A program made the position numbers and the translations under genes. A model generated the notes under the pieces. The model was not told where the DNA came from, did no database searches, and saw only the letters and a list, made by a program, of their open reading frames with translations. Shown in pieces: positions 1 to 9,166 of a DNA stretch of 64,000 nt (positions within the stretch are counted from its first letter, which is position 1; every line of letters begins with the position of its first letter). The stretch is from Candidatus Bathyarchaeia archaeon. GTDB lineage: Archaea; Thermoproteota; Bathyarchaeia; Bathyarchaeales; Bathycorpusculaceae. The DNA is taken from assembly GCA_049512075.1 (NCBI GenBank), contig JBEKXL010000002.1, positions 1-64,000 on the forward strand, in the 5' to 3' direction.

Positions 1-329
1 TTTCGTAACACACGCTCAGTATAAAGGCTTAAGTGGGGGAATTCACCGCCCGGGGCAAGCCCCGGGGTTCTCTTCCCCCACACCCTTGAAATAGAAAAGA
101 AAAGTGAAGAAGAAAACACGGACTGAAGCACGCGCTTTTATTGTGGTCTTAAAGGTGTCTTGACACACAGTTTTTGAAGATTCGTCGGACCTGACCACAT
201 TGAGCAGTGTCCTTACTGCCGAAAATTCATGACCGCTGAACAAGCCCAAGTGCATAATTGTGAAGCAGCCCCATTTTCAGGTATAAGAGAAATTCCCATG
301 CTCTATTGTTATGAAGTTCCAGTGAAACT

Positions 330-1243
330 AGCGCGCTGCTTTGTCCCTAAATTACAGACGGCAAGGTCTAGGCTTTTTTTAACTTAACGGTTTTTTGATG
401 TTCAAAACGTTTCGCAAGGCCAAAAGAATTGGAACGCCAACGATGAGGGTGATTAACACAACAAGGGCATCTTCAATGAAAGAGTCAATTCCACCGCCCA
501 CGAACACAACTGCGGTAGCCGCTGGAGATAAGCCCAGAACACTGCTGTAGAGCCCGGCTGGTATGAACAGAAAAACTCGGGTTAGACCGTCCGTGGCGAC
601 TGTTGTGAAAGACACGATGACTAGGGATACGGGGAGAAGGTTCACGTTCTCGCTGAACAGGTTTTTACTCAACTTACCTGCAGGATACACTAAACAAACA
701 GCAGCAATGGTGTCCAGCATAGGCCAAAGCGGAAGCGACTGGCCCAAGGGACTGATGAAGTATGCGGCAAGCATGACGGCGTAAAGAGCTACGACCGGCT
801 GCCACTTGCCTCTTGTCAAGAAACCTGCAGTCATTACACTCAACGGCTCTGCAATTATCCCGAACATCCACAAGGGACTGGGAAGCACCACTCTGCCTAT
901 GGTACTGCCGATCAAAGCGGCCATGAACCCCGTCCAAGGACCCAGAACCATCCCCTCGATAGGCGATAAATAGATAGCCCAATTTCGCCATAAAAACGCG
1001 GGCGAAATCAAATACAACGTGGCATGAAAAGCCGCAAAAACCCCAGTGAACGCCACAGCTTTCGCCGACAAGCGCTTCATATTTCAATCGAACGTAATTT
1101 TCTACATCAGCTAATATGCATTATGGGTTGCAATAGCTTAGCGCCAGACGAACCCACCTCCTAGGCTTGGACGTAAGCCACAAAATACGAGACCCCACGT
1201 ACCAAAATAAGCATTAACTAATTTAGGGACAAGCCAGCGCGCC
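330..1243. mobile_element. Putative non-autonomous TIR cassette carrying a membrane-protein gene
   Basis: 17-bp imperfect inverted repeats at 338-354 (GCTTTGTCCCTAAATTA) and 1219-1235 (TAATTTAGGGACAAGCC), flanked by AGCGCGCT (330-337) and AGCGCGCC (1236-1243); no transposase inside. Confidence 0.6.
379..1080 (-). CDS. Multi-pass membrane protein, ECF S-component-like
   Basis: 233 aa, about 6-7 hydrophobic helices; 'GMVLGPWTGFMAALIGS' resembles the ECF S-component motif. Confidence 0.6.
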   Translation of the reverse strand: MKRLSAKAVAFTGVFAAFHATLYLISPAFLWRNWAIYLSPIEGMVLGPWTGFMAALIGSTIGRVVLPSPLWMFGIIAEPLSVMTAGFLTRGKWQPVVALYAVMLAAYFISPLGQSLPLWPMLDTIAAVCLVYPAGKLSKNLFSENVNLLPVSLVIVSFTTVATDGLTRVFLFIPAGLYSSVLGLSPAATAVVFVGGGIDSFIEDALVVLITLIVGVPILLALRNVLNIKKPLS

Positions 1244-1698
1244 AATTCAGGGTTCTGGTTTATCATCGGGTAGCGCGCGCAAACGTGCTTACCAAAAGAA
1301 AAATCATTATTCAGCGCACGCGCTAAATATATTAATCAGCGAGTATTCATAGTTAAATGAGAGGTGTCACAAGTGGTAACCAAAAAGGTCGCGCTATCCA
1401 TAATCTATATCGCCGCGTGGCTCTGCATATTATTCACATTCATACTTCCATTGGCGGTTGGCGTCGCTTCCCTTCCATTTATCCCCATTGAACCAGGAGG
1501 CTTTACAGGCCTCACCCAGTGGCAATATGTTGGCGTTATACTATTCTTTGCCCCTGGTGGTTTTCCGACATTGATAATCGCCGTGTTTTTTGCAATTGCC
1601 AACTTCGGAGATTAGCCTTTCCTAGAGCGCGCTAAGTTCATCACCCGACTTGTAACAGGGAGACCAGTCACCCGATAATGAACCAGAACCCAATTCAG
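1243..1698. mobile_element. Non-autonomous mini-transposon (TIRs 1251-1271 and 1670-1690; 8-bp TSD CAATTCAG)
   Basis: GGTTCTGGTTTATCATCGGGT vs ACCCGATAATGAACCAGAACC (19/21 inverted match); exact CAATTCAG direct repeats at 1243-1250 and 1691-1698. Confidence 0.75.
1364..1615 (+). CDS. Small two-TM hypothetical protein (passenger of the mini-element)
   Basis: 83 aa, two hydrophobic segments, AT-rich promoter-like sequence upstream. Confidence 0.55.
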   Translation: MSQVVTKKVALSIIYIAAWLCILFTFILPLAVGVASLPFIPIEPGGFTGLTQWQYVGVILFFAPGGFPTLIIAVFFAIANFGD

Positions 1699-1754
1699 CA
1701 ATTCTTAATAGATAGATGCCCAACTTTCATAACACTCCGGAGAGTTTAGCGATA

Positions 1755-2228
1755 ATGGCAAAGTTCAAAGTAATCGTTTCAGATCCTGAAGCTGGAACGT
1801 CCAAAGCGGTGGAGCTTGAAGAGGCACGTGCTGCTCCGCTCATCGGAAGGAGAATAGGCGAAGTGATAGACGGTTCAATAATCGAACTGCCAGGGCACAA
1901 AGCCCAAATCATGGGAGGCTCAGACAAGGACGGATTCCCCATGAGACCTAGCGTCCACGGCGGCGTCCGCCGAAGAATCGTCCTAAGCGGAGGAGTTGGG
2001 TTCAACCCGACCAATGAGGGAGCCAGACAACGCAAAACAATCCGTGGCAACGTTATAACGGAAGAAATCGTTCAGATAAACATGAAAATCACGGAAAAAC
2101 CAAAACAGACTAAGGAAACCAAGAAACCAAAAGAAAAGAAAGAAGAAAAAGCAGCGCCTCAGAAAGAAGACCAGCCCACAAAGCCAGCCACAGCCCAGCA
2201 GCAACCCGGCGCCACCCCAAAAAGTTAA
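1755..2228 (+). CDS. rps6e: 30S ribosomal protein S6e with K/E/Q-rich C-terminal tail
   Basis: MAKFKVIVSDP...GGSDKDGFPMRP...RKTIRGN motifs; start moved to ATG 1755. Confidence 0.95.
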   Translation: MAKFKVIVSDPEAGTSKAVELEEARAAPLIGRRIGEVIDGSIIELPGHKAQIMGGSDKDGFPMRPSVHGGVRRRIVLSGGVGFNPTNEGARQRKTIRGNVITEEIVQINMKITEKPKQTKETKKPKEKKEEKAAPQKEDQPTKPATAQQQPGATPKS

Positions 2229-2648
2229 CATCTGGACGCAATAATTATCATTCGAAAAGCTTTTTTCACACGGTTCAACATTTATGATAAAAAGACAAGA
2301 AGAGATTAAGCTCAAGATTAAAATAAAAGTTTGCATTTAATAACTATTTGTAGAATGAGTCCAAGAGCGTAGGGCTTTCAATTTCCTTTCTCCTCTACGC
2401 TCTTGGTTTCATTCTCTCCAATGTTTGCACGCGCTTTTCACCTTGGAATCACGAAGATTTATCTGCGCCACTCGGGGAGGTTTCCATGCAATCTTGATGA
2501 TTGCGCCTTGTTTTACACTTTCTGGCGTAAAGCTGCTTCCTACTGTTTGAACAAACTCTCTATCCCCATGTTTATGTTGTGTAACATTTATTAACTCGCA
2601 CATTTTATTCCTTCAACAATTCATAAACATTTATGGGAAAAACAGACA

Positions 2649-3893
2649 ATGAGCAGCGAAAAATCCACGGTCCTACTGCGCCAACCCGAAATCAACATCG
2701 GAACCATGGGCCACGTTGACCATGGCAAAACAACACTAGTGCAAGCTCTAACAGGCATCTGGGCCTCAAGACACAGCGAGGAACTCAAAAGAGGCATAAC
2801 AATCAAGCTGGGCTACGCCGACATGCCAGTATACAAATGCCCAAAGTGCGAACCGCCCAAAAACTACACGACAAAACCGGTCTGCCCCGCCTGCAGCTCC
2901 AAAGCAGTTTTCGAAAGAGCAGTCAGCTTCGTCGACGCGCCAGGACACGAAGCCCTCATGGCTACCATGCTTTCGGGAGCAGCAATCATGGACGGAGCCA
3001 TACTCGTCATAGCCGCAGACGAACCATGCCCCCAACCGCAAACAAGAGAACACCTAGCCGCGGCCAACGTAATCGGCATAAAAAACATCATCATCGTCCA
3101 GAACAAAATCGACATCGTCGACGAGAAAAGAGCACACCAAAGCTACACTGAAATCAAAAACTTCGTCAAAGGAACAGTCGCCGAAAACGCCCCGATAATA
3201 CCAATCTCAGCACAGAGAGGAATAAACATAGACATCCTCCTCCAAGCCATGGAAGAACTCATGCCAACACCCAAAAGAGACGAGACAAAACCTCCATTCA
3301 TGTACGTCGTCCGCTCATTCGACATAAACAAGCCAGGCACCACCATCGACAAACTCGAAGGCGGAATTGTCGGAGGCACGATACTCGAAGGCAAACTCAA
3401 AATAGGAGACGAACTCGAAATCCGCCCCGGCATAGCAGCCGAAGGAAAAAACACGTACACGCCGCTACACAGCGAAATCGTCAGTCTACAAGCCGGAGGA
3501 AAAAAAGTCGAAGAAGCCCACTGCGGAGGCCTAGTAGGCATAGGCACGCTCCTAGACCCTTCATACTCAAAAGCAGACGGACTAACAGGAAACATCGCAG
3601 GAAAAACAGACATGCTCCCACCGAACCTCACAGAACTGACCCTAGAAACACAAATCCTCGACCGCGCCGTCGGAACAAAAGAACTCATGAAAATAGAAGA
3701 AGTAACCATGAACGAAACCCTACTCCTGCACGTAGGCGCAGCCATAACCGTTGGAAAAGTAGCCTCAATAAGAAAAGACACCGTACTAATCAAACTCACC
3801 CGCCCAGTCTGCGCACAAACCGCCTCAAGAGTCGCACTGAGCAGAAAAATCGCAGGCAGATGGAGACTCATAGGCTACGGAACGATACACTAG
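2649..3893 (+). CDS. eif2g: Translation initiation factor 2 gamma subunit
   Basis: GHVDHGKTT, RGITIKLGY, DAPGHE, QNKID, Zn knuckle, WRLIGYG. Confidence 0.97.
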   Translation: MSSEKSTVLLRQPEINIGTMGHVDHGKTTLVQALTGIWASRHSEELKRGITIKLGYADMPVYKCPKCEPPKNYTTKPVCPACSSKAVFERAVSFVDAPGHEALMATMLSGAAIMDGAILVIAADEPCPQPQTREHLAAANVIGIKNIIIVQNKIDIVDEKRAHQSYTEIKNFVKGTVAENAPIIPISAQRGINIDILLQAMEELMPTPKRDETKPPFMYVVRSFDINKPGTTIDKLEGGIVGGTILEGKLKIGDELEIRPGIAAEGKNTYTPLHSEIVSLQAGGKKVEEAHCGGLVGIGTLLDPSYSKADGLTGNIAGKTDMLPPNLTELTLETQILDRAVGTKELMKIEEVTMNETLLLHVGAAITVGKVASIRKDTVLIKLTRPVCAQTASRVALSRKIAGRWRLIGYGTIH

Positions 3894-3894
3894 C

Positions 3895-4317
3895 ATGACA
3901 ATGAAATCCGAACCAGCCAGAAAAACCATAAGAGTAATTCTAGACTCAAACGCACTGTTCGTTCCAATCCAGCTTAAGATAGACATTTTCCAAGAGTTGA
4001 AAACACTGCTTAACAGAAACTTTGAGCTTGTACTTCTCAAACCGATTCAACAAGAGTTAGAAAGACTCGTGAAGGAAGGCTCTCCGCAAACGCGGAAGAA
4101 AGCGTTATATGCTCTGAAGCTTGCTGAAAAATGTAGGATAGTCGACGTGAAAGAAGACGCAGCTTCTCCGGACGACATAATCTTTCAAACTGCCAGCAGA
4201 TGGAGCTGTCCAGTTTTCACCAACGACAGCGAGCTCAGAGAGAAGCTAAGAAATATAAATGTGCCAGTCATTTATGTGAGGCAAAAGTCACGTCTAGAAA
4301 TTGACGGGAGGCTATAA
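3895..4317 (+). CDS. PIN-domain protein (Fcf1/Utp24-like)
   Basis: VILDSNAL...DD...TND..L...VPVIYVRQ; conserved position after eIF2-gamma. Confidence 0.88.
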   Translation: MTMKSEPARKTIRVILDSNALFVPIQLKIDIFQELKTLLNRNFELVLLKPIQQELERLVKEGSPQTRKKALYALKLAEKCRIVDVKEDAASPDDIIFQTASRWSCPVFTNDSELREKLRNINVPVIYVRQKSRLEIDGRL

Positions 4318-4320
4318 CCC

Positions 4321-4938
4321 CTGTTTAAACTTATAACCTTAGAAGATACAATTCGAATTCCGCCTGAAACATTCGGCAACCCGCTTGAAGCGGTTGGCCA
4401 TCAACAAGTCAAAGCAAAATACGAAGGAAACGTCGACGAAGAACTGGGCTACGTCATCGCTGTAATCGACGTAAAAGTCAGCCCCATAGGAAAAATAATC
4501 CCAGGCGACGGCGCCACTTTTCACAAAGTCAACTTTTCACTGTTAACATTCTACCCCAAGATTCAAGAAGTCGTGGAAGGCGAAGTCGTGGAAATCGCTG
4601 ATTTCGGCGCTTTCGTCCGCATCGGGCCCATCGACGCCCTGCTTCACGTTTCCCAGCTAATGGATGACTTCATCTCATACGACGAGAAACAAGGCGTCCT
4701 ACTGGGCAAAGAGTCACGACGAAAACTCATGAGCGGCGACCAAGTTCGAGTCCGCATTACGGCAGTTTCACTCGGCAAAGCAGGAAGCTCCGGAAAAATA
4801 GGCGTAACAGCCAGACAGCCCTTCCTAGGCAAACTGGATTGGATAGAATACGAACTGCAGAAAATCAAAGAGGCAACGGAGAAGAAGCCCGCACAGAAGC
4901 AGGAAGCAACAGCCCCGAAGAAAGGTGAAACCAAATGA
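4321..4938 (+). CDS. rpoE1: DNA-directed RNA polymerase subunit E' (Rpo7), CTG start
   Basis: Frame open from CTG 4321 giving the conserved N-terminus (M)FKLITLEDTIRIPPE; S1 domain FGAFVRIGPIDALLHVSQ; GGAGG upstream. Confidence 0.92.
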   Translation: MFKLITLEDTIRIPPETFGNPLEAVGHQQVKAKYEGNVDEELGYVIAVIDVKVSPIGKIIPGDGATFHKVNFSLLTFYPKIQEVVEGEVVEIADFGAFVRIGPIDALLHVSQLMDDFISYDEKQGVLLGKESRRKLMSGDQVRVRITAVSLGKAGSSGKIGVTARQPFLGKLDWIEYELQKIKEATEKKPAQKQEATAPKKGETK

Positions 4939-5120
4939 GCGAAAAAGCCTGTGCCACCTGCCACTCTCTCACGAAAGAAAACATTTGCCCAAAATGTAGA
5001 ACAGCAACCCTAAGCGACGATTACGGTGGGCTGGTGATAGTTTTCGACCCGGGGAACTCGGCAATTGCAAAAGCCATGGGGATCAAAGATAAAGGACGCT
5101 ACGCGTTAAAGGTTAGATAA
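4935..5120 (+). CDS. spt4: Transcription elongation factor Spt4 (RpoE'')
   Basis: CxxC...CPxC...GLVIVFDP..S.IA...G.YALKVR. Confidence 0.93.
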   Translation: MSEKACATCHSLTKENICPKCRTATLSDDYGGLVIVFDPGNSAIAKAMGIKDKGRYALKVR

Positions 5121-5121
5121 G

Positions 5122-5652
5122 ATGCCCATTAAATACAACTTGACGCCGGGACTGCGCGTAAAACTCAAGCAACCGCTGGGCACACTCATTCGAGGCTCAT
5201 TCACTGAAACAACAAAGAGATTCAGTGAGATGGTGAACAAGGAGCAGCCATCCAGCATAATCGCCGTCGGAGACACTGTCTCAAAAAACCTCGCCAAGAA
5301 CCATATTCTTGCGAAATTGTCAATAATAGACAACAAATGTATGAGAAAGAACGTATCACCGACACCGCTTGCGACTGAAAAAACCTTCCACGTCAAAAAC
5401 CCGCAAGGAACGATAACGGAAGAAGCGATCGCAGCAGTTCAGGAAGCTTTGCAGAGCAGTCAGCATACCAAGATAGTTGTTGAAGGCGAAGAAGACTTGC
5501 TGACGCTAATCGCCATCATGAATGCACCGCAAGACTCGTTCGTCCTGTACGGTCAACCGCACGAAGGAATCGTCGTCGTCAAAGTCACACAGGGCAAGAA
5601 GACAGAGATATCAGAACTCCTCAAAGCCATGGAAAAAGGTTCGAAAAACTAA
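5122..5652 (+). CDS. GTP-dependent dephospho-CoA kinase (DUF359)
   Basis: LKQPLG, VGD, NPQGTIT, GEEDL, YGQPHEG motifs; conserved synteny. Confidence 0.88.
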   Translation: MPIKYNLTPGLRVKLKQPLGTLIRGSFTETTKRFSEMVNKEQPSSIIAVGDTVSKNLAKNHILAKLSIIDNKCMRKNVSPTPLATEKTFHVKNPQGTITEEAIAAVQEALQSSQHTKIVVEGEEDLLTLIAIMNAPQDSFVLYGQPHEGIVVVKVTQGKKTEISELLKAMEKGSKN

Positions 5653-5696
5653 ATAAGAAGGCATCGCATCAAGTCAACACCGCACGAGGAAAACTC

Positions 5697-6011
5697 ATGG
5701 AAATCAAGATAATATCACAGAAGGAAAACCCGCTGCTGAAAAGGAAGGAAGTGCAATTTGATGTGGAACACGACACGGGAAGCACGCCGCCCAGACTGGA
5801 AGTGAGAAGAGCAGTGGCCACTGCCCTGAAATCGAATGTTGATTTGGTTTTCATAAAAAAATTCGAGACAAAGACGGGCACACACACGGCGGCAGGAACC
5901 GCAAACCTTTACGAATCCGTTGAACAAGCAAAACTCATTGAACCTGAATACATCGTGAAAAGGAACATACCGCCTGAAAAGCCCAAAGAAGAAGCAAAGG
6001 AGCAGAAGTAA
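5697..6011 (+). CDS. rps24e: 30S ribosomal protein S24e
   Basis: ENPLLKRKEV, TPPR, EPEYIVKRN. Confidence 0.95.
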   Translation: MEIKIISQKENPLLKRKEVQFDVEHDTGSTPPRLEVRRAVATALKSNVDLVFIKKFETKTGTHTAAGTANLYESVEQAKLIEPEYIVKRNIPPEKPKEEAKEQK

Positions 6012-6014
6012 ACC

Positions 6015-6371
6015 ATGTCCAAGAAAGCCGAAAAGAAAGAAGCGCCAAAGAAAGAGGAACCGAAGAAGGGAGAAGAGTCCAAGAAAGGAGAAGCGCCAAA
6101 GAAGGAGACTAAGAAGGCAGCAGTAGAAGCGCCCGTGCAAGCGCCGAAAGAAGAGGCAAAGCCGGCGAAGGCTGAAAAGGCACCGAAATCCGAGAAAAAG
6201 AAGAAAGAAGAGAAGGGTGTTTTCAAGCTGTACAAGGTTGAGAACGACAAGGTTACGAGGCTTCGTCCCACATGCGAACGCTGTGGACCGGGCTACTTCA
6301 TGGCGGATCATGGCAACAGGTACACGTGTGGACACTGTGGGTTTACAAAGTACAAGCCTGCCAAGGAATGA
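6015..6371 (+). CDS. rps27ae: 30S ribosomal protein S27ae with long K/E/A/P N-terminal extension
   Basis: C-terminal CERCGPGYFMADH..RYTCGHCG zinc finger. Confidence 0.93.
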   Translation: MSKKAEKKEAPKKEEPKKGEESKKGEAPKKETKKAAVEAPVQAPKEEAKPAKAEKAPKSEKKKKEEKGVFKLYKVENDKVTRLRPTCERCGPGYFMADHGNRYTCGHCGFTKYKPAKE

Positions 6372-6411
6372 ACAGCTTTAAATCAACCGACGGCTTGAAT
6401 GTTTTCCGCTG

Positions 6412-6843
6412 ATGAATAAGATGATCCGCGTAAACGTTTCCATATCGAATGTTTCTGCAGAACGTTTTCTGGACTTTAGAAAACCCATGCCTCCCGTACA
6501 GATAAACACCAACCTTAACCTGACAGGCATGGAGAAGAAGCCAGACGATTCACTTGAAGTCCCCTTCGTGCTCACAATTAACTACAACCCTTCAGTGGCA
6601 CAGATAAACCTGAAAGGAAAGGCCTACGTGATAGGCGACAAGGGCGAAGTTGACAAAATATACAAGGAGTACGAAGACAAGAAACCTCCTCCGCCAATCA
6701 TAGTACAATCGGTGTCAAACGTCGCGTTCATCGAATCCGTGTTAATTTCCAGAACGCTAAACATTCCGCCGCCTATCCCACTGCCACAGATACCTGAAAC
6801 CAAACCAACCGAAAAACCGTCTGGCAGAGACTACAGCGCTTGA
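6412..6843 (+). CDS. Conserved archaeal hypothetical protein
   Basis: 143 aa, coding-like composition, LNIPPPIPLP motif. Confidence 0.7.
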   Translation: MNKMIRVNVSISNVSAERFLDFRKPMPPVQINTNLNLTGMEKKPDDSLEVPFVLTINYNPSVAQINLKGKAYVIGDKGEVDKIYKEYEDKKPPPPIIVQSVSNVAFIESVLISRTLNIPPPIPLPQIPETKPTEKPSGRDYSA

Positions 6844-6868
6844 TCGAACAGAAGGATAAGAGATTAGG

Positions 6869-7273
6869 TTATTTCAGCGGCACGTACATTGAAGAACGCG
6901 AGGCTCCGATGCCCGGGGTTCCATGCCTGACAGGCTTGTTCGTGACCGCGAACTCCCCCAAGCAGTGTCCAATCATGTCCGGCTTTATCTCCACCTGAAC
7001 GAATTCCTTTCCGTTATGCACGTGTATCGCCATGCCCACCATTTCAGGGAGGATAATCATGTTTCTAACGTGTGTCTTGACGGTTGGGCTACCTCCCTTT
7101 CTGAGTTCTTCCACCGACCTCCTCACTTTTTCAAGAAGTATTCGCTGTTCCGGCTGCAGGCCGCGATGCAGGCTTCTCCTCTGCCTTGAAGGGAGCAGAT
7201 TGATGAACTCGTCCATTGACATACTTTGCAACTGATTGAGCGTCAACCCGCGATACATGAATTCTTTCGGCAT
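6869..7273 (-). CDS. rps19p: 30S ribosomal protein S19
   Basis: [33 protein letters not shown]. Confidence 0.97.
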   Translation of the reverse strand: MPKEFMYRGLTLNQLQSMSMDEFINLLPSRQRRSLHRGLQPEQRILLEKVRRSVEELRKGGSPTVKTHVRNMIILPEMVGMAIHVHNGKEFVQVEIKPDMIGHCLGEFAVTNKPVRHGTPGIGASRSSMYVPLK

Positions 7274-7303
7274 TCTTCTTCGCCTGATCCGTAGTTCTTA
7301 ATG

Positions 7304-8080
7304 CTATAAACCTTCTGCTTGTCTACTCATCTTTTCTTTATCACGTGCACTCTTTGCTTTCCTTCCCGTTCCTCTAGCCGCAATCAGCCCGACCTTCTGG
7401 CCTGGTGGAGCACCGTGAGAGGTTGTGGTCACTTTCCGCGCGCTTCTCTTGCTACTGCCGTAAGGATGCACAGCAGCAACCATTTTTCTACCGCTCGTCC
7501 TCGGATACTTGCGCCCTCGTGCCCTCATTAAATGGAATTTTGCACCAGCCTTCAGAAAAGGTTTATCTGTCCTGCCAGACGCCGAAACTATGCCAATTGT
7601 CGCTCTACAGTGGTCAGCAATGTATTTTGCTCTTCCAGACGGAAGCTTCACCATAGTTCCCTTCGGAGTATGGTTCACCACCGTTGCGTATGCTCCTGAA
7701 GATCGCGAGAGTTTGCCACCGTCTCCCGGGCGCAGTTCAATGTTGCATATCATGGTGCCCTCCGGCACTTTTCCAACCGGAAGGATGTTGCCAACGTCAA
7801 CAGGGGCTCTTCCGCCAATCTGGATTTGTAAGCCTGTGTAAACCCCTTCAGGAACGACGGTGTAACATGTTTCGCCGTTCTCGAACCTTATTAGAGCAAG
7901 AGGTGCGCCCCTTCCCGGATCATGCACAAGCTCTTCAATCACGCCTTTGATTGCTACTTCAAAGTTTTCCTTCGGCCCGATTTTTGAAGGATATCTCGCC
8001 GGAGCAACTCTCTTGTGAGTTGAAGCGCGGAACGTGGGACCGCCGCGCCCGCGTCTTTGAACACGAATTCTCTTTCCCAT
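7304..8080 (-). CDS. rpl2p: 50S ribosomal protein L2
   Basis: MGKRIRVQRRGRG, HDPGRGAP, PPGQKVGLIAAR. Confidence 0.97.
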   Translation of the reverse strand: MGKRIRVQRRGRGGPTFRASTHKRVAPARYPSKIGPKENFEVAIKGVIEELVHDPGRGAPLALIRFENGETCYTVVPEGVYTGLQIQIGGRAPVDVGNILPVGKVPEGTMICNIELRPGDGGKLSRSSGAYATVVNHTPKGTMVKLPSGRAKYIADHCRATIGIVSASGRTDKPFLKAGAKFHLMRARGRKYPRTSGRKMVAAVHPYGSSKRSARKVTTTSHGAPPGQKVGLIAARGTGRKAKSARDKEKMSRQAEGL

Positions 8081-8101
8081 CAGTCAACCCGCCATGCAAG
8101 G

Positions 8102-8362
8102 TTAGAGTATTCCAAGCTTAATCGCCACGTCAGCCGCTCGGTAGTCTGGGTGAAGCTTAACGAAGGCCTTCTTTTCTCCAGTTGGAGTTACCTGAGTATT
8201 GACGCTTTCAACCTTCACTTCGTACAGTTCTTCAACAGCCCTTTTGACATCGGCTTTATTCGCTTTCAAATTGACTGCGAAGGTCAGCTTGTTCTCTTTC
8301 TCAACCATCAGACTCGCCGACTCAGTCATCAATGGGTAGAGCACAACTTCATACGGATCCAT
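8102..8362 (-). CDS. rpl23p: 50S ribosomal protein L23
   Basis: PLMTE, ENKLTF.V, GEKKAFVKL. Confidence 0.97.
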   Translation of the reverse strand: MDPYEVVLYPLMTESASLMVEKENKLTFAVNLKANKADVKRAVEELYEVKVESVNTQVTPTGEKKAFVKLHPDYRAADVAIKLGIL

Positions 8363-9153
8363 TATTTCTGTTCTCCTTTACCGTAAAGCTCGCCCAATCT
8401 TTCAATCGCACTGCTCGTCCACACTGTTAACCTTCCAGGATGCGTGCCCGGGGCAAGCAGTTCAACGTTCAGATCAGCAACCGTCACAACGTCCACACCA
8501 GGGACGTTCCTTGCGGCCTCAACTATCCCCTTGTTCTCAGCCACCACCACGAGAGGTCCGACAGTTCTCTTCATTTTCCTCCCTCTGCTCTTGCCTCTTC
8601 CAGCACGGACTCTCGTGCCCTCCCTTGCCCTGAAGATATCGGACAAGATGCCTAAGTGTATCAGAGCTTCCTCTGCTTCCTTGGTCTTGGTGAGACTCTC
8701 AAAATCGCTGGTCACCACCAACGGGATCTCTGCGACATCCTCAACGTGGTGACCCCGTGAAGCAACAACCTCTTTCGACGCTGTTGCAGCTATCGCCGAA
8801 AACAAAGCCAACCGCTTTTCCTTTTTCGGGATCTTCTTGATAATGTTCTTCTCTGAGAGCGGCGGATGACCTTGCCTCCCGCCGACGGTTCCCGGAGCGA
8901 AAGCTGCCTCTCCCCCTGGCCCTTTGCGTCGTGGAAGGCGAGCGATGCCCCCACCCGTGCCGCGTGATTCTGCCGAGGTTCTTTTCCCAGCCATAGGGTC
9001 CCTGCCCTGCCGTTGGATCCTGTTCGACTGCAAAGCCAGAACGGCTCGTTTTATGACGTCAGGCCTCAACGGCGTTGCAAAAACCGGCGGAAGCTCAACT
9101 TTTCCGGCTGCTTTTCCTTCGAGATTCAGAACCTTCGCCACTCTTTTCACCAT
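8362..9153 (-). CDS. rpl4p: 50S ribosomal protein L4
   Basis: RPDVIKRAV, AGKRTSAES, LAPGTHPGRLTVWT. Confidence 0.97.
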   Translation of the reverse strand: MVKRVAKVLNLEGKAAGKVELPPVFATPLRPDVIKRAVLALQSNRIQRQGRDPMAGKRTSAESRGTGGGIARLPRRKGPGGEAAFAPGTVGGRQGHPPLSEKNIIKKIPKKEKRLALFSAIAATASKEVVASRGHHVEDVAEIPLVVTSDFESLTKTKEAEEALIHLGILSDIFRAREGTRVRAGRGKSRGRKMKRTVGPLVVVAENKGIVEAARNVPGVDVVTVADLNVELLAPGTHPGRLTVWTSSAIERLGELYGKGEQK

Positions 9154-9166
9154 CAGCTCTCACCGT

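Noticed and set aside
33-81. Archaeal SECIS element
   Set aside because: The GAA/A internal-loop geometry is not met and no in-frame UGA selenoprotein was seen.
316-328. GTTCCAGTGAAAC mini-ORB-like motif
   Set aside because: Single imperfect copy, no G-string and no initiator gene nearby in the window.
2340-2640. Short ORFs between rps6e and eif2g
   Set aside because: AT-rich, no recognisable motifs; at most a decayed remnant.
3143-3871. Long antisense ORFs (e.g. 3143..3871, 5715..6335, 55966..56805)
   Set aside because: Shadows of well-supported genes on the opposite strand.
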